64,000 nt of DNA from Escherichia coli (GCF_044647545.1 NZ_CP172818.1); one strand, 5' to 3'; numbered from the stretch's first letter, positions 1-15,369 are shown. The notes: generated from the letters alone by a model not told the origin. Numbers and translations are program-made.

Positions 1-676
1 GCAGGTTGAAACGGCGCAGCATTTCTACCAGCCACTGATGCTGTAAGGTTTCCGGGACGATAATCAGCACACGTTCAGCAGCGCCAGAGAGCAGTTGCTG
101 ATGCAGGATCATCCCGGCTTCAATGGTTTTCCCTAAACCCACTTCGTCAGCCAACAGGACGCGCGGCGCGTGGCGGCGACCAACATCATGAGCGATGTTG
201 AGCTGGTGCGGAATCAGGCTGGTACGCTGACCGCGCAGGCCGCTGTACGGCATACGGAACTGTTCGCTGGAATACTTACGCGCGCGATAACGCAGCGCAA
301 AGCGGTCCATACGGTCAATCTGCCCGGCAAACAGACGGTCCTGCGGTTTGCTGAACACCAGTTTGCTATCAAGGAAAACTTCACGCAGGGCTACGCCGGA
401 CTCTTCAGTATCCAGGCGAGTACCGATATAGGTCAGCAAGCCATTTTCTTCTTTTACTTCTTCGACTTGCATCTGCCAGCCGTCATGGCTGGTAATGGTA
501 TCACCAGGGTTGAACATCACGCGGGTCACGGGGGAATCACTGCGTGCGTACAGACGGTTTTCACCAGTAGATGGGAAAAGTAAAGTGACAGTTCGCGCAT
601 CCACCGCGACAACGGTTCCAAGTCCCAATTCGCTTTCTGTATCGCTGATCCAGCGTTGACCAAGTGTAAAAGGCAT
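1..676 (-). CDS. rapA: RNA polymerase-associated SWI2/SNF2 ATPase RapA (HepA), N-terminal part; gene continues past window start
   Basis: My minus-strand translation from ATG at 676..674 gives [30 protein letters not shown]... with a DEVGLGKT helicase motif; no stop before the window edge; matches remembered RapA N-terminus and its position upstream of polB. Confidence 0.85.
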
Positions 677-839
677 ATGTGTTCGGCTCTATATCTTTAA
701 TTGCAGGCAATAACCACCCGCTACCGTGCTTATGAGGTAGTGGTGTTATTCAGGTCCAGGAATGGAAAGGGCGCTATGGTACTGGATGGCAAAGCATTCG
801 TCACGCATCAAAATGGTATCTGGCGAACTCTTTTTTTGC

Positions 840-3191
840 TCAAAATAGCCCAAGTTGCCCGGTCATAAGTGTAGCAAAATTATCCTCAATAAAAGGGAGT
901 ATTCCCTCCGCCACGGGTTGTAGCTGGCGGGTCAGATAGTGTTCGTAATCCAGCGGTGAACGTTGATAGTCCAGCGGCTCCGGGCCGTTGGTGGTCCATA
1001 CGTACTTAATGGTGCCGCGGTTCTGATATTGCAAGGGGCGACCGCGCTTTTGATTTTCTTCATCGGCAAGGCGAGCGGCGCGTACATGAGGCGGAACATT
1101 ACGCTGATATTCGCTCAGCGGACGGCGAAGGCGTTTTCGGTAAACCAGCCGCGCATCCAGTTCACCCGCCATCAGTTTGTCGATGGTTTCGCGGACGTAC
1201 TCCTGATATGGCTCGTTGCGGAAGATACGCAGGTACAGCTCCTGCTGAAACTGCTGGGCCAGCGGCGTCCAGTCGGTGCGCACGGTTTCCAGCCCTTTAA
1301 ACACCATCCGCTGTTTATCGCCCTCCTGAATCAGCCCGGCATAGCGCTTTTTGCTGCCCGTATCGGCTCCACGAATGGTTGGCATCAGAAAACGGCAGAA
1401 ATGGGTTTCATACTCCAGTTCCAGTGCGCTGGTCAGCCGTTGTTTTTGCAGCGTTTCCGCCCACCAGGCGTTAACGTGCTGCACCAGTGCACGACCAATT
1501 TTCGCCGCTTCTTCTTCCGAATGTGCGCCTTTCAACCAGACAAACGTTGAGTCGGTATCGCCGTAGATCACGTCGTAGCCCTGCGCTTCAATCAACGCTT
1601 TGGTTTGCCGCATGATCTGATGACCACGCATGGTGATCGACGACGCCAGGCGCGGATCGAAGAAGCGGCAGGCGGTGGTGCCAAGCACGCCATAAAAGGC
1701 ATTCATAATGATCTTCAGCGCCTGCGAAAGTGGCTTATTACCCTGACGTTTGGCTTCATCGCGCCCGTGCCAGATGTTAGTCACAATCTCTGGCAGGCAA
1801 TGTTTCTCCCGTGAGAACCAGGCATCGAGAAAACCTTCGGTGCTGTGCTCTGGATCAGGCTGCGCCATGCCTTCCACCAGCCCGACGGGATCAATCAGAA
1901 AGGTGCGGATGATCGACGGGTACAGGCTTTTGTAGTCCAGCACCAGCACCGAATCATAAAGTCCTGGCCGCGAATCCATCACATAGCCGCCAGGGCTGGC
2001 GTGTGGCGGCACTTCGCCGAGATTGGGCGCGACATAACCAGCGCGATGCATACGGGGAAAATAGAGATGACCAAACGCTGCCACCGAACCGCCGTGTCGA
2101 TCTACCGGCAGGCCGTTCACCGTCGCCCGTTCGAGCAAAAACGGCATGATTTCAGTTTTGTGGAAGATCTGCGTCACCAGCTCGCAATCTTTCAGGTTAT
2201 AAGTTGCCAGCGCAGGCTTATCTTCGGCGAAACGGCGGTCAATTTCGTCCATTCGATCCCACGGGTTATCGATAGATTTTCCTTCGCCTAATAACTCCTG
2301 AGCGACGGTTTCCAACGAGAATGAAGAGAAATTCCAGAACGCGGATTTCAGTGCCTCGATACCGTCGATAATTAGCCGACCTTTAACCTGAGCAAAAAAC
2401 ACACCGTTTTTAAAGCCGTGCTCGCGCCACTCCAGCTCGCTGTTATCACGCCCCAGACGCAGCGGAATACGGTAACGCTCGGCATGTTTTTGCAGCATTC
2501 GCAGATCAAACTGCACCACGTTCCAACCGATGATCACATCAGGATCGTAGTTGGCAAACCAGGCGTTAAGTTTTTCCAGTAGCTGCGGGCGGCTGGCGAC
2601 GTATTCCAGTTCGAAATCGAGCGCGGAGGCGTCGCCATTCTCTGGCCCCAGCATATAAACGATGCGCTGCCCGCAACCTTCCAGGCCGATGCAGTACAGC
2701 TCACCGTGGCGGGTGGTTTCAATATCAATAGAAACCCACTTGAGCGGCGGACGATAGTCGGGATGCGGTTTCAGACGGGCATTAACGATAGCGTCATTGC
2801 GTATATCACCCTCGACCCACACCGGTGAGGTGATAAACCGCTCCATCAGATAGCGTTCTGGCGGGCGCACATCGGCTTCGTAGACGGTAACGCCACCTTC
2901 ACGCAGGCGCTTTTCGTAATTCATCAACTGGCGATGGGCGCGACAGTAAAGGCCATACACCGGCTGGCGATGAAAATCCTTTAACGCCAGCGGCGTCAGG
3001 CGAAAGCCTTGCTCACCCTGCAAAATATGCTGGGCGCGGGGAACCTGATCGGCGGGAATAAACGCCACGGACTCTTGCGGCGCAAGCGTAACCTGCAACG
3101 GCCCGTTGTCCGTCGCTAACCAAAAGGAAACTTCGGTTCCTTGCGGGGTATCCCGCCAGTGTCGGGTTAAGATAAAACCTGCCTGCGCCAC
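840..3191 (-). CDS. polB: DNA polymerase II
   Basis: 783-aa [21 protein letters not shown]..., B-family polymerase; length and synteny as in E. coli. Confidence 0.95.
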   Translation of the reverse strand: MAQAGFILTRHWRDTPQGTEVSFWLATDNGPLQVTLAPQESVAFIPADQVPRAQHILQGEQGFRLTPLALKDFHRQPVYGLYCRAHRQLMNYEKRLREGGVTVYEADVRPPERYLMERFITSPVWVEGDIRNDAIVNARLKPHPDYRPPLKWVSIDIETTRHGELYCIGLEGCGQRIVYMLGPENGDASALDFELEYVASRPQLLEKLNAWFANYDPDVIIGWNVVQFDLRMLQKHAERYRIPLRLGRDNSELEWREHGFKNGVFFAQVKGRLIIDGIEALKSAFWNFSSFSLETVAQELLGEGKSIDNPWDRMDEIDRRFAEDKPALATYNLKDCELVTQIFHKTEIMPFLLERATVNGLPVDRHGGSVAAFGHLYFPRMHRAGYVAPNLGEVPPHASPGGYVMDSRPGLYDSVLVLDYKSLYPSIIRTFLIDPVGLVEGMAQPDPEHSTEGFLDAWFSREKHCLPEIVTNIWHGRDEAKRQGNKPLSQALKIIMNAFYGVLGTTACRFFDPRLASSITMRGHQIMRQTKALIEAQGYDVIYGDTDSTFVWLKGAHSEEEAAKIGRALVQHVNAWWAETLQKQRLTSALELEYETHFCRFLMPTIRGADTGSKKRYAGLIQEGDKQRMVFKGLETVRTDWTPLAQQFQQELYLRIFRNEPYQEYVRETIDKLMAGELDARLVYRKRLRRPLSEYQRNVPPHVRAARLADEENQKRGRPLQYQNRGTIKYVWTTNGPEPLDYQRSPLDYEHYLTRQLQPVAEGILPFIEDNFATLMTGQLGLF

Positions 3192-3207
3192 GCTGAAAAT
3201 CCAATAA

Positions 3208-3237
3208 AAAACCAGGCTTGATTATAGCCTGGTTTCG
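3208..3237 (-). terminator. hairpin plus T-run after araD (araBAD terminator), upstream of polB
   Basis: Inverted repeat aaccaggct/agcctggtt followed by a T-run when read on the minus strand. Confidence 0.55.
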
Positions 3238-3265
3238 TTTGATTGGCTGTGGTTTTATACAGTCA

Positions 3266-3961
3266 TTACTGCCCGTAATATGCCTTCGCACCATGCTTAC
3301 GCAGATAGTGTTTATCCAGCAGCGTTTGCTGCATATCCGGTAACTGCGGCGCTAACTGACGGCAGAATATCCCCATATAAGCGACCTCTTCCAGCACGAT
3401 GGCGTTATGCACTGCATCTTCGGCATTTTTGCCCCATGCAAATGGGCCGTGAGAATGGACCAGGACGCCGGGCATTTGCGCCGCATCGATACCCTGTTTT
3501 TCGAAGGTTTCTACGATGACGTTACCGGTTTCCCACTCATATTCACCGTTGATTTCTGCGTCGGTCATTTTGCGGGTGCAGGGAATGGTGCCGTAGAAAT
3601 AGTCGGCGTGGGTGGTACCGGTTGCTGGAATCGACTGACCCGCCTGCGCCCAGATGGTGGCGTGGCGCGAGTGTGTGTGCACAATGCCGCCAATGGACGG
3701 GAATGCCTGATAGAGCAGCCGGTGAGTTGGCGTGTCGGAGGAGGGCTTTTTCGTACCTTCAACCACTTCACCGGTTTCGATACTGACCACGACCATATCG
3801 TCAGCGGTCATGATGCTGTAGTCGACGCCGGAAGGTTTGATCACCAGGACGCCGCGCCCGCGATCAACGGCGCTGACGTTACCCCAGGTGAGCGTGACCA
3901 GGTTGTGTTTTGGCAGCGCCAGGTTGGCTTCTAATACCTGGCGTTTGAGATCTTCTAACAT
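3266..3961 (-). CDS. araD: L-ribulose-5-phosphate 4-epimerase
   Basis: 231-aa ORF, class II aldolase-like; last gene of araBAD. Confidence 0.95.
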   Translation of the reverse strand: MLEDLKRQVLEANLALPKHNLVTLTWGNVSAVDRGRGVLVIKPSGVDYSIMTADDMVVVSIETGEVVEGTKKPSSDTPTHRLLYQAFPSIGGIVHTHSRHATIWAQAGQSIPATGTTHADYFYGTIPCTRKMTDAEINGEYEWETGNVIVETFEKQGIDAAQMPGVLVHSHGPFAWGKNAEDAVHNAIVLEEVAYMGIFCRQLAPQLPDMQQTLLDKHYLRKHGAKAYYGQ

Positions 3962-3974
3962 GTTGACTCCTTCG

Positions 3975-4138
3975 TGCCGGATGCGCTTTGCTTATCCGGC
4001 CTACAAAATCGCAGCGTGTAGGCCTGATAAACTCGAAAATTTATCGGTCAAAATGCATACCGCGCTCGCATCAGGCGGTGAATGCCGGATGCGCTTTGCT
4101 TATCCGGCCTACAAAATCGCAGCGTGTAGGCCTGATAA
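3975..4138. repeat. REP/BIME-type palindromic units in the araA–araD intergenic region, including a 56-bp perfect direct repeat
   Basis: tgccggatgcgctttgcttatccggcctacaaaatcgcagcgtgtaggcctgataa occurs at 3975..4030 and again at 4083..4138; the gccggatgcg...cgcatcaggc motifs are typical REP. Confidence 0.8.
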
Positions 4139-4183
4139 GACGCGTCAGCGTCGCATCAGGCGTTACATACCTGATGCGGCTAC

Positions 4184-5686
4184 TTAGCGACGAAATCCGT
4201 AATACACTTCGTTCCAGCGCAGCGCGTCTTTAAACGCTGGCAGGCGGGTATCGTTATCAATCACTGTGATTTCAATGTCGTGCATCTCGGCGAACTGGCG
4301 CATATCGTTGAGGTTCAGCGCATGGCTGAAAACGGTATGGTGCGCGCCACCAGCGAGGATCCACGCTTCGGAAGCAGTTGGCAGATCCGGTTGCGCTTTC
4401 CACAGCGCATTCGCCACCGGCAGTTTCGGCAGGGAGTGCGGTGTTTTCACCGTGTCGATGCAGTTAACCAGCAGACGGTAACGATCGCCGAGATCAATCA
4501 AGCTGGCGACAATCGCTGGGCCGGTTTGGGTATTGAAGATCAGGCGGGCAGGATCGTCTTTACCGCCAATACCGAGGTGTTGAACGTCGAGGATCGGTTT
4601 CTCTTCTACGGCGATCGACGGACAGACTTCCAGCATATGGGAGCCGAGCACCAGGTCATTACCTTTTTCGAAGTGGTAAGTGTAGTCCTCCATAAAGGAG
4701 GTGCCGCCCTGCAGACCGGTTGACATCACCTTCATGATGCGAAGCAGGGCGGCAGTTTTCCAGTCGCCTTCGCCCGCAAAGCCGTAGCCCTGCTGCATCA
4801 GACGCTGTACGGCCAGACCAGGAAGCTGCTTCAGACCGTGCAAATCTTCAAAGGTGGTGGTGAACGCGTGGAAGCCACCTTGTTCCAGGAAACGCTTCAT
4901 CCCCAGCTCAATACGCGCCGCTTCCAGCACGTTCTGTCGTTTTTCGCCGTGGATTTGTGTCGCAGGCGTCATGGTGTAGCAGCTTTCGTACTCATCGACC
5001 AGCGCGTTAACATCGCCATCGCTGATGGAGTTCACTACCTGCACCAGATCGCCAACCGCCCAGGTATTGACGGAGAAACCGAACTTGATCTGTGCGGCAA
5101 CTTTATCGCCATCGGTGACCGCCACTTCACGCATGTTATCGCCAAAACGGCAGACTTTCAGATGACGGGTATCCTGTTTAGATACCGCCTGACGCATCCA
5201 GGAGCCGATACGCTCATGTGCTTGTTTATCCTGCCAGTGACCGGTAACGACGGCATGTTGCTGACGCATACGCGCGCCGATGAAGCCGAACTCGCGACCG
5301 CCATGCGCGGTCTGGTTCAGGTTCATAAAGTCCATGTCGATGCTGTCCCACGGCAGCGCCGCGTTGAACTGGGTGTGGAATTGCAGCAACGGTTTGTTGA
5401 GCATGGTCAGGCCGTTGATCCACATTTTGGCCGGGGAGAAGGTGTGCAGCCACACCACCAGACCAGCGCAACGATCGTCGTAATTCGCGTCACGGCAAAT
5501 AGCGGTGATTTCATCCGGCGTGGTGCCCAGCGGTTTCAGCACCAGTTTGCAGGGCAGTTTCGCTTCCGTATTCAGCGCATTAACGACGTGCTCGGCATGT
5601 TGGGTGACCTGACGCAGGGTTTCCGGGCCATACAGATGCTGGCTGCCAATTACAAACCACACTTCATAATTATCAAAAATCGTCAT
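4184..5686 (-). CDS. araA: L-arabinose isomerase
   Basis: 500-aa [23 protein letters not shown]... Confidence 0.95.
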
Positions 5687-5696
5687 TGTCGTGTCC

Positions 5697-7735
<2,039 letters not shown>

Positions 7736-8614
7736 ATGGCTGAAGCGCAAAATGATCCCCTGCTGCCGGGATACTCGTTTAACGCCCATCTGGTGGCGGG
7801 TTTAACGCCGATTGAGGCCAACGGTTATCTCGATTTTTTTATCGACCGACCACTGGGAATGAAGGGTTATATTCTCAATCTCACCATACGCGGCCAGGGG
7901 GTGGTGAAAAATCAGGGACGAGAATTTGTCTGCCGACCGGGTGATATTTTGCTGTTCCCGCCAGGAGAGATTCATCACTACGGTCGTCATCCGGAGGCTC
8001 GCGAATGGTATCACCAGTGGGTTTACTTTCGTCCGCGCGCCTACTGGCATGAATGGCTTAACTGGCCGTCAATATTTGCCAATACGGGTTTCTTTCGCCC
8101 GGATGAAGCGCACCAGCCGCATTTCAGCGACCTGTTTGGGCAAATCATTAACGCCGGGCAAGGGGAAGGGCGCTATTCGGAGCTGCTGGCGATAAATCTG
8201 CTTGAGCAATTGTTACTGCGGCGCATGGAAGCGATTAACGAGTCGCTCCATCCACCGATGGATAATCGGGTACGCGAGGCTTGTCAGTACATCAGCGATC
8301 ATCTCGCAGACAGCAATTTTGATATCGCCAGCGTCGCACAGCATGTTTGCTTGTCGCCGTCGCGTCTGTCACATCTTTTCCGCCAGCAGTTAGGGATTAG
8401 CGTCTTAAGCTGGCGCGAGGACCAACGCATTAGTCAGGCGAAGCTGCTTTTGAGCACCACCCGGATGCCTATCGCTACCGTCGGTCGCAATGTTGGTTTT
8501 GACGATCAACTCTATTTCTCGCGAGTATTTAAAAAATGCACCGGGGCCAGCCCAAGTGAATTCCGTGCCGGTTGTGAAGAAAAAGTGAATGATGTAGCCG
8601 TCAAGTTGTCATAA
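7736..8614 (+). CDS. araC: arabinose operon regulator AraC
   Basis: Track ORF 7685..8614; true start taken at [10 protein letters not shown] (292 aa); AraC/XylS HTH at C-terminus. Confidence 0.95.
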
Positions 8615-8699
8615 TTGGTAACGAATCAGACAATTGACGGCTTGACGGAGTAGCATAGGGTTTGCAGAATCCCTGCTTCGTCCATTTGACAGGCACATT

Positions 8700-9464
8700 A
8701 TGCAAGCATTGCTGGAACACTTTATTACCCAATCCACCGTGTATTCATTGATGGCGGTGGTGTTGGTGGCCTTTCTGGAGTCGCTGGCGCTGGTCGGTTT
8801 GATTTTACCCGGTACGGTGCTAATGGCGGGACTGGGGGCGCTGATTGGCAGTGGCGAGTTAAGTTTCGGGCACGCCTGGCTGGCAGGGATCGTCGGTTGC
8901 CTGCTGGGCGACTGGATCTCTTTCTGGCTGGGCTGGCGTTTTAAAAAGCCATTGCATCGCTGGTCATTTCTGAAGAAAAACAAAGCATTACTCGATAAAA
9001 CTGAACATGCGTTGCATCAACACAGCATGTTCACCATTCTGGTCGGTCGCTTTGTTGGCCCGACGCGTCCGCTGGTGCCAATGGTGGCGGGAATGCTGGA
9101 TCTCCCGGTGGCAAAATTTATTACGCCGAATATTATCGGCTGCCTGCTGTGGCCACCGTTTTACTTCCTGCCGGGGATTCTGGCGGGTGCGGCGATCGAT
9201 ATTCCTGCCGGGATGCAGAGTGGTGAGTTTAAATGGTTGCTGCTGGCGACGGCGGTATTTTTGTGGGTTGGGGGCTGGCTGTGCTGGCGGTTATGGCGCA
9301 GCGGTAAAGCGACTGACCGTTTGAGTCATTATTTGTCGCGCGGTCGTTTGTTGTGGCTGACGCCGTTGATTTCTGCCATCGGCGTGGTGGCGCTGGTGGT
9401 GTTAATTCGCCACCCGTTGATGCCGGTGTATATCGATATTTTGCGTAAAGTGGTTGGGGTTTAG
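8700..9464 (+). CDS. yabI: DedA-family inner membrane protein
   Basis: 254-aa hydrophobic ORF at the position of yabI between araC and thiQ. Confidence 0.85.
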   Translation: MQALLEHFITQSTVYSLMAVVLVAFLESLALVGLILPGTVLMAGLGALIGSGELSFGHAWLAGIVGCLLGDWISFWLGWRFKKPLHRWSFLKKNKALLDKTEHALHQHSMFTILVGRFVGPTRPLVPMVAGMLDLPVAKFITPNIIGCLLWPPFYFLPGILAGAAIDIPAGMQSGEFKWLLLATAVFLWVGGWLCWRLWRSGKATDRLSHYLSRGRLLWLTPLISAIGVVALVVLIRHPLMPVYIDILRKVVGV

Positions 9465-9493
9465 GAGATAGTTTGCACCGGCGCTGGTTTGTT

Positions 9494-9533
9494 CCCCTCA
9501 CCCTAACCCTCTCCCCGGAGGGGCGAGGGGGCT
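9494..9533. repeat. GC-rich palindromic intergenic element (cccctcaccctaaccctctccccggaggggcgagggggc)
   Basis: Inverted repeat ccctctcccc/ggggcgaggg in the convergent yabI–thiQ gap; resembles a dispersed E. coli intergenic repeat or bidirectional terminator. Confidence 0.5.
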
Positions 9534-9545
9534 GTCCGTGCGCTT

Positions 9546-10244
9546 TTAACCTGTAATCCCCAACAGCGCCGAAGCACTCGCCTTACCGCTCAACAGCTCA
9601 TCGGTCTTACCCTGCCAGGCGATGCGCCCATCGGCGACCACCACCGAGCGCGTGGCAATCCGCGCAGCATCTTCCACACTGTGCGACACCATCAATAACG
9701 TCATTTTTTGCTGCTGGCAGCTCGTGCTCACCAGCGTCAACATCTCCTGACGTAACGCCGGATCGAGCGCAGAGAACGGTTCATCGAGCAATAAAATCGG
9801 CTGTTCGCGTACCAGACAACGCGCTAACGCCACGCGCTGTCGCTGACCGCCGGAAAGCTCGCCCGGTAACCGCGCTATTAAATTATCAATCCCCATCTGA
9901 CGGGCAATCGCGTGCATTTTCCCCTGCTGTGCCGCGTTCAGTTTCAACCCCGGATTTAGCCCCAGCCCGATGTTCTGCGCGACCGTCAGGTGACTGAACA
10001 GGTTGTTTTCCTGAAACAGCATCGACACCGGACGGCGTGACGGCGGCGTCGTGGTGTGATCAACGCCATCGATAGTCAGCGAACCGCTGGCTGGCGTCAG
10101 AAAACCGGCGATCAAATTCAGCAGGGTACTTTTACCCGCGCCGCTTGGCCCGAGGATCGCCACCTGCTCGCCGCGTTCTACCGTTAAGCTAAAACGCATC
10201 GGCAAATGGTGATAAAGCCAGGTGATATCAGTCAGTTTTAACAT
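9546..10244 (-). CDS. thiQ: thiamine ABC transporter ATP-binding protein
   Basis: Track ORF 9546..10265; start set at [13 protein letters not shown] (232 aa); Walker [10 protein letters not shown]. Confidence 0.9.
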   Translation of the reverse strand: MLKLTDITWLYHHLPMRFSLTVERGEQVAILGPSGAGKSTLLNLIAGFLTPASGSLTIDGVDHTTTPPSRRPVSMLFQENNLFSHLTVAQNIGLGLNPGLKLNAAQQGKMHAIARQMGIDNLIARLPGELSGGQRQRVALARCLVREQPILLLDEPFSALDPALRQEMLTLVSTSCQQQKMTLLMVSHSVEDAARIATRSVVVADGRIAWQGKTDELLSGKASASALLGITG

Positions 10245-11838
10245 TTCGCCCCGGTAGTTTTTCAATCACAGTAAACAGCAGAAAACAGAGTAGCAGCATA
10301 ATTAACGCGGTGACCGCGCCGTCCTGGCTGCGATAGGAGCCAATTTGCTGGTAGAGATAAAACGGCAGGGTACGGAAATCATCGTTACCGAACAACGCCA
10401 CCACGCCAAAATCACCAATCGACAGCACACAAGCAAAAGCCAGCGCCTGCGCCAGCGGGCGTTTCAGGGCGCGCAGCTCCACCACTTTTAAGCGCGACCA
10501 GCCTTCAATGCCCAGCGACTGACATAACATGCTGTAGCGGGCGGTGATATCGCGCATTGGGTTTTCCAGCACTTTCAGCGCATAAGGGATCGCCATTAAC
10601 GCATTGGTGAAAATCACAATGCCGTCAGCAGATTGTGGCAGGCCGATAGTGTTGTTGAGCAGTAAAAAGAAGCCGGTAGCCAGCACAATCCCCGGCATAG
10701 CGAGGATCAACATGCCGCTCATCTCAAGCGCCTGGCCGGCCAGCATTTTCTGCCGCGCCCGAAGTTCGCGACTGCTCCATAGCAGCATCATGGTCAGCAC
10801 TACGCACAATACGCCTGCCGCCAGCGCAATACGCAACGAGGTCCACAGCGCCTGCCACAGCACCGGTTGTGCCAGCACTTCCGGCAACTGGCGATTTACC
10901 CCATCGACGATCACCGCCAGTAACGGTGGCAGCAATAGCAGCAGCGCCAGCACAATTAACACCGTGTCGCAAATGCGGCTATGCAGACGATCGTCCGGGT
11001 CGCGCCAGCCTTGCAGCAGCGTGGTGCCTGGCGCAATGGCCTTACTCAATCGCTGACTCAGCAGCACCAGCCCAAGGCAACACACCATCTGGATCAGCGC
11101 AAGCATCGCCGCGCGGGCAGGATCGTAGTCGTAACTCAGCGCCTGATAAATAGCCAGCTCGATAGTGGTCGCCTGCGGACCGCCCCCCAGCGATAGCACG
11201 GTGGCGAAGCTGGCGAAACAGAGCATAAAGATAAGCGCAGCAACTGGCGGGATTTGTCGACGTAACCACGGCCATTCGACAAAGCGGAAAAAATGCCAGC
11301 CGCGCATCCCAAGTTGTGCGGCAAGTTGACGTTGTTCGCCGGGAATGTTTTCCAGTGCCTGGAGTAATAAACGGCTCGCCATCGGCAGATTAAAAAACAC
11401 ATGGGCCAGCAAAATGCCTTGCAGGCCGTAGGGCGAAAAGGTCCACTCCAGACCAAGTGATTGCCAGAGCGAGGCCAGCCAGCCCTGGCGACCATAGACG
11501 CTAAGAATGCCGAAAACAGCGACCAGCACCGGGAGGATCAAGGTCATTGCGCACAGACGCAACAGCGCCAGCCGACCCGGAAAGCACCTGCGATAGAGGG
11601 CGCGGGCGAGGAATATCGCGGGTACGACAGAGAGCAGCGCCGAGAGAAACGCCTGCCAGAAGGAGAAGCGCACCACATGCCACAGATAGCTGTCCTGCCA
11701 GACTGCCACCCAGTCACCCTGCGGCGCGTTCCACCACAGGGCGAGAAACGCCGCCAGCGCAACCGCCACCACAAGCGTAGCGGCGCTTACACCTGGAATT
11801 AACCAGCCGGGAATTAACGGCTGACGGCGCGTTGCCAT
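10228..11838 (-). CDS. thiP: thiamine ABC transporter permease
   Basis: 536-aa polytopic ORF overlapping thiQ start and thiB stop. Confidence 0.9.
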   Translation of the reverse strand: MATRRQPLIPGWLIPGVSAATLVVAVALAAFLALWWNAPQGDWVAVWQDSYLWHVVRFSFWQAFLSALLSVVPAIFLARALYRRCFPGRLALLRLCAMTLILPVLVAVFGILSVYGRQGWLASLWQSLGLEWTFSPYGLQGILLAHVFFNLPMASRLLLQALENIPGEQRQLAAQLGMRGWHFFRFVEWPWLRRQIPPVAALIFMLCFASFATVLSLGGGPQATTIELAIYQALSYDYDPARAAMLALIQMVCCLGLVLLSQRLSKAIAPGTTLLQGWRDPDDRLHSRICDTVLIVLALLLLLPPLLAVIVDGVNRQLPEVLAQPVLWQALWTSLRIALAAGVLCVVLTMMLLWSSRELRARQKMLAGQALEMSGMLILAMPGIVLATGFFLLLNNTIGLPQSADGIVIFTNALMAIPYALKVLENPMRDITARYSMLCQSLGIEGWSRLKVVELRALKRPLAQALAFACVLSIGDFGVVALFGNDDFRTLPFYLYQQIGSYRSQDGAVTALIMLLLCFLLFTVIEKLPGRNVKTD

Positions 11839-12797
11839 TCGCTAATCCATGCCTGACGTTGTGCCGCCACTTCGGCTGGCGTGAACTCCAGCGTGGTTGC
11901 CGGTTTGGTCAATTGTTCAAACCCGGCAGGCAGCGTGACATTTGCCACCGGATACATCCAGTTGCCGGTTGGGATCGCATTCTGGAAAGCCGGAGAAACC
12001 ATAAACTGGAGAAATTTTTGCGCCAGCTCCGGCTGCTTGCTGGCAGCGGTGCGGGCGGCGACTTCCACCTGCAGATAGTGACCTTCGCTGAAGTTCGCGG
12101 CGGCGTAGTTATCTTTCTTCTCTTCGAGAATGTGATAAGCCGGAGAGGTGGTGTAACTCAGTACCAGATCGCTTTCACCTTTTAAAAACAGGCCGTAGGC
12201 TTCGCTCCAGCCTTTGGTGACCGTGACCGTTTTCTTCGCCAGTTTCTGCCAGGCTTGTGGGGCGTCATCGCCATAGACTTTTTGCATCCACAACAGCAGG
12301 CCCAGCCCCGGCGTACTGGTGCGCGGATCCTGATAAATCACCCGCCAGTTTTGATCGCTCTCAACAAGCTCTTTCAGGCTTTGTGGCGGGTTTTTTAGTT
12401 TGTTCTTGTCATAGACGAAGGCGAAGTAGCCGTAATCAAACGGTACGAAAGTGTCATTATTCCAGCCGCCGGGAACGTTAACGGCTTCCGCTGCCACACC
12501 GCTTTTAGCAAACAGCCCGGTTTTGCTGGCGGCATCTAACAGGTTGTTATCCAGCCCCAGCACCACATCGGCTTTGCTGTTTTTGCCTTCCATCCGTAGA
12601 CGGTTGAGAAGCGAAACGCCATCTTCCAGCGCCACCAGTTTCAGTTCGCAATTACAGTCGACTTCAAAGGCTTTTTTGACCACCGGACCAGGTCCCCAGT
12701 CGGCGGCGAAGGAATCGTAGGTATAAACAGTCAGAACGGGTTTAGCTAAAGCGGGTGCTGTACAGAGCAACAGCAGGGGAAGATATTTTTTTAACAC
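11814..12797 (-). CDS. thiB: thiamine/TPP periplasmic binding protein
   Basis: Track ORF 331 aa; likely 327-aa protein from an internal GTG start (VLKKYLPLLLLCTAPALA signal peptide). Confidence 0.9.
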   Translation of the reverse strand: MLKKYLPLLLLCTAPALAKPVLTVYTYDSFAADWGPGPVVKKAFEVDCNCELKLVALEDGVSLLNRLRMEGKNSKADVVLGLDNNLLDAASKTGLFAKSGVAAEAVNVPGGWNNDTFVPFDYGYFAFVYDKNKLKNPPQSLKELVESDQNWRVIYQDPRTSTPGLGLLLWMQKVYGDDAPQAWQKLAKKTVTVTKGWSEAYGLFLKGESDLVLSYTTSPAYHILEEKKDNYAAANFSEGHYLQVEVAARTAASKQPELAQKFLQFMVSPAFQNAIPTGNWMYPVANVTLPAGFEQLTKPATTLEFTPAEVAAQRQAWISEWQRAVSR

Positions 12798-12842
12798 TTT
12801 GCACCTCAAAGAAGAGTGGCAAAGGACTTGAGAAGGAGCCTC

Positions 12843-12925
12843 AAATCCCTTCGCCGGCGTTATCCGGATCAGGTTCGACGGGTATTTTCTCAGCGCACGC
12901 GGCAGCGTGGCACCCCGTTGAGAAC
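12843..12925 (-). promoter_or_regulatory. TPP (thi-box) riboswitch in the thiBPQ leader
   Basis: Minus-strand reads ...ggggtgcc...gctgagaaaatacccgtcgaacctgatccggataacgccggcgaaggga, the conserved thi-element core, directly upstream of thiB. Confidence 0.85.
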
Positions 12926-13119
12926 GGCGTTAGTGTAGTGATTTTGTTATCAACCAGCAATCATAGAGAAGGCGTATTAAAAAAGCCAATATTCGTTCAG
13001 CTATCAAGGACGTATTTGCATAGCTGGGAAGCTTTGAACCGAAAGAATCCCTTAGCACAGTCAAAATCGGTAATGCAACCTTATTGCGTGAATGACGATT
13101 TTTGACATATTCTTTCAGG

Positions 13120-13712
<593 letters not shown>

Positions 13713-13713
13713 G

Positions 13714-15369
13714 CGATGGATCCGGCGGCGCAAACCACGCTGATTTAAAATCGAACCAGCCGAGGGTGTTCATACGTAGACCGCGCATACTGCGTTGCCC
13801 CTGAATGATCAGCCAGTGGTGGATAAGCGGCACCATTGCTTTGCTGGCGACCAGTTGCTGGCACCAGTTCGCCAGGTTCATTTCGCCATTGCGCCAGCGG
13901 GCGGCGTCGGCTTGCCAGTCGATGGGAAGACAGTGTTGGAGCAGCGGCACCTCGCACAAGTGCGCGAACAGCGAAAAATCCAGCGGCAGCGTAAAGTTGG
14001 CGCTGTTAAGCCAGATATCGCTCTCGATCTCTCCTTCATGCCACTGATCGTAGCTGATCTCTTTGATTTCCAGCGTGACCTGGTGACTTGCCAGAATCTG
14101 CTGCATGATCCCGGCAATCACTCGATGCTCAATATGATCCTGATAAAAGGTCAGGGTGAGGCTTTCCAGCCCGGCGGGTTTTTCGCAATGTGTCGGACGA
14201 GCATGGTGCCAACGGGGGAGCAGTCCATAAGCCGGGAACCACAGTTGCTGGTACTGTTCCTCAGCGAAATAGACCAGATTAGTTGGAGAAAGCACATAGC
14301 TTACCCAGTCCCTGACTTGCTGATTCGCCCCGCGATGGGTGCGGCTGTCGAACAGTAAATAGTAGCAACCTTCCTCCAGGCGGCTTTCAATCTCTTTTTC
14401 CTCGCCCTGTGGCCCTTTTAGCATCAGCCCTCCGGCTGGCTCGTCGGCAATTTCCGGCAGAACCCAGACGTTAACTTCGTCGATTAATGCCCGGTAACCG
14501 AAGAAGTCATCGAATGCCTGAATTTTCAGTTGATTGGTGCTGTTGCGGATCACCGCATACGGACCGGTGCCGATGGGATGGCTGGCAAAGTTACTGAGGG
14601 TTTCCCATTCGCGCGGCAGGATCATCGCCGGAACTTGCCCCAGCAGTAACGGCAACCAGCGATCCGGCTGCGTGAGGTGGATATCCAGCGTCCAGGGCGT
14701 CGGCGATACAATTTCAGCAATATGCGAATAGAGCGGCAGCGTATTGATCCGTTTTAAAGAGGCGATCACATCGTCCATTTCCAGTTCACGACCATGATGA
14801 AAATGGACTCCTGGACGCAAAAAGAAACGCCAGTGAAGCGGTGATATTTGCTGCCAGTGGTGGGCGATGTCTGCTTCCAGTTCCCCATTTTCCTCATTTA
14901 TGCGCGTTAGCGAACTGAAGATTTGCCGGGCGATATGGGTTTCGGAACGACGCAATGCACTGCCGGGCAGCAGATTACGCAACGGACGATAGTAGAGAAC
15001 GCGCAGGATGTGCCGCCCCTGGCGGAAGCTGCGTCCCAGATGAGAAACCAACATTTGCCGCACAGCCGCTTTGTCGCCAACCAGTTGCACCAGTTGATCG
15101 ATACGATCCTGCTCCAGCAGGTCTTCCGCCCGCTGTTGCTGAAGCGCCAGCCCGGTATAGAGGAATGTCAGACGCGAGCGTTTACCGCGCCCGACTTCCG
15201 CTTCCCACGTCAGCCAGCCGCGATCCTGCATGGTGTTGAGCAGGGTGCGCATATGACGACGCGAGCAACTCAGTAACGCTGCCAGTTCGTTGAGCGTGGT
15301 CTCCTGCGATTTACCCTCGCAGCATTGCCACAGGCGGATGAACTGTTGTTGCAGACGAGCAGATGGCAT
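13714..15369 (-). CDS. sgrR: sugar-phosphate stress transcriptional regulator SgrR; 3' end uncertain because the frame runs into the low-complexity tract
   Basis: Track ORF 13660..15390 (576 aa); start set at [15 protein letters not shown]; remembered length 551 aa would place the native stop near 13714, but here the frame continues ...[22 protein letters not shown] into homopolymer sequence. Confidence 0.8.

Noticed and set aside
170-583. 137-aa plus-strand ORF at the window start
   Set aside because: Antisense to the rapA 5' coding region, which reads cleanly on the minus strand.
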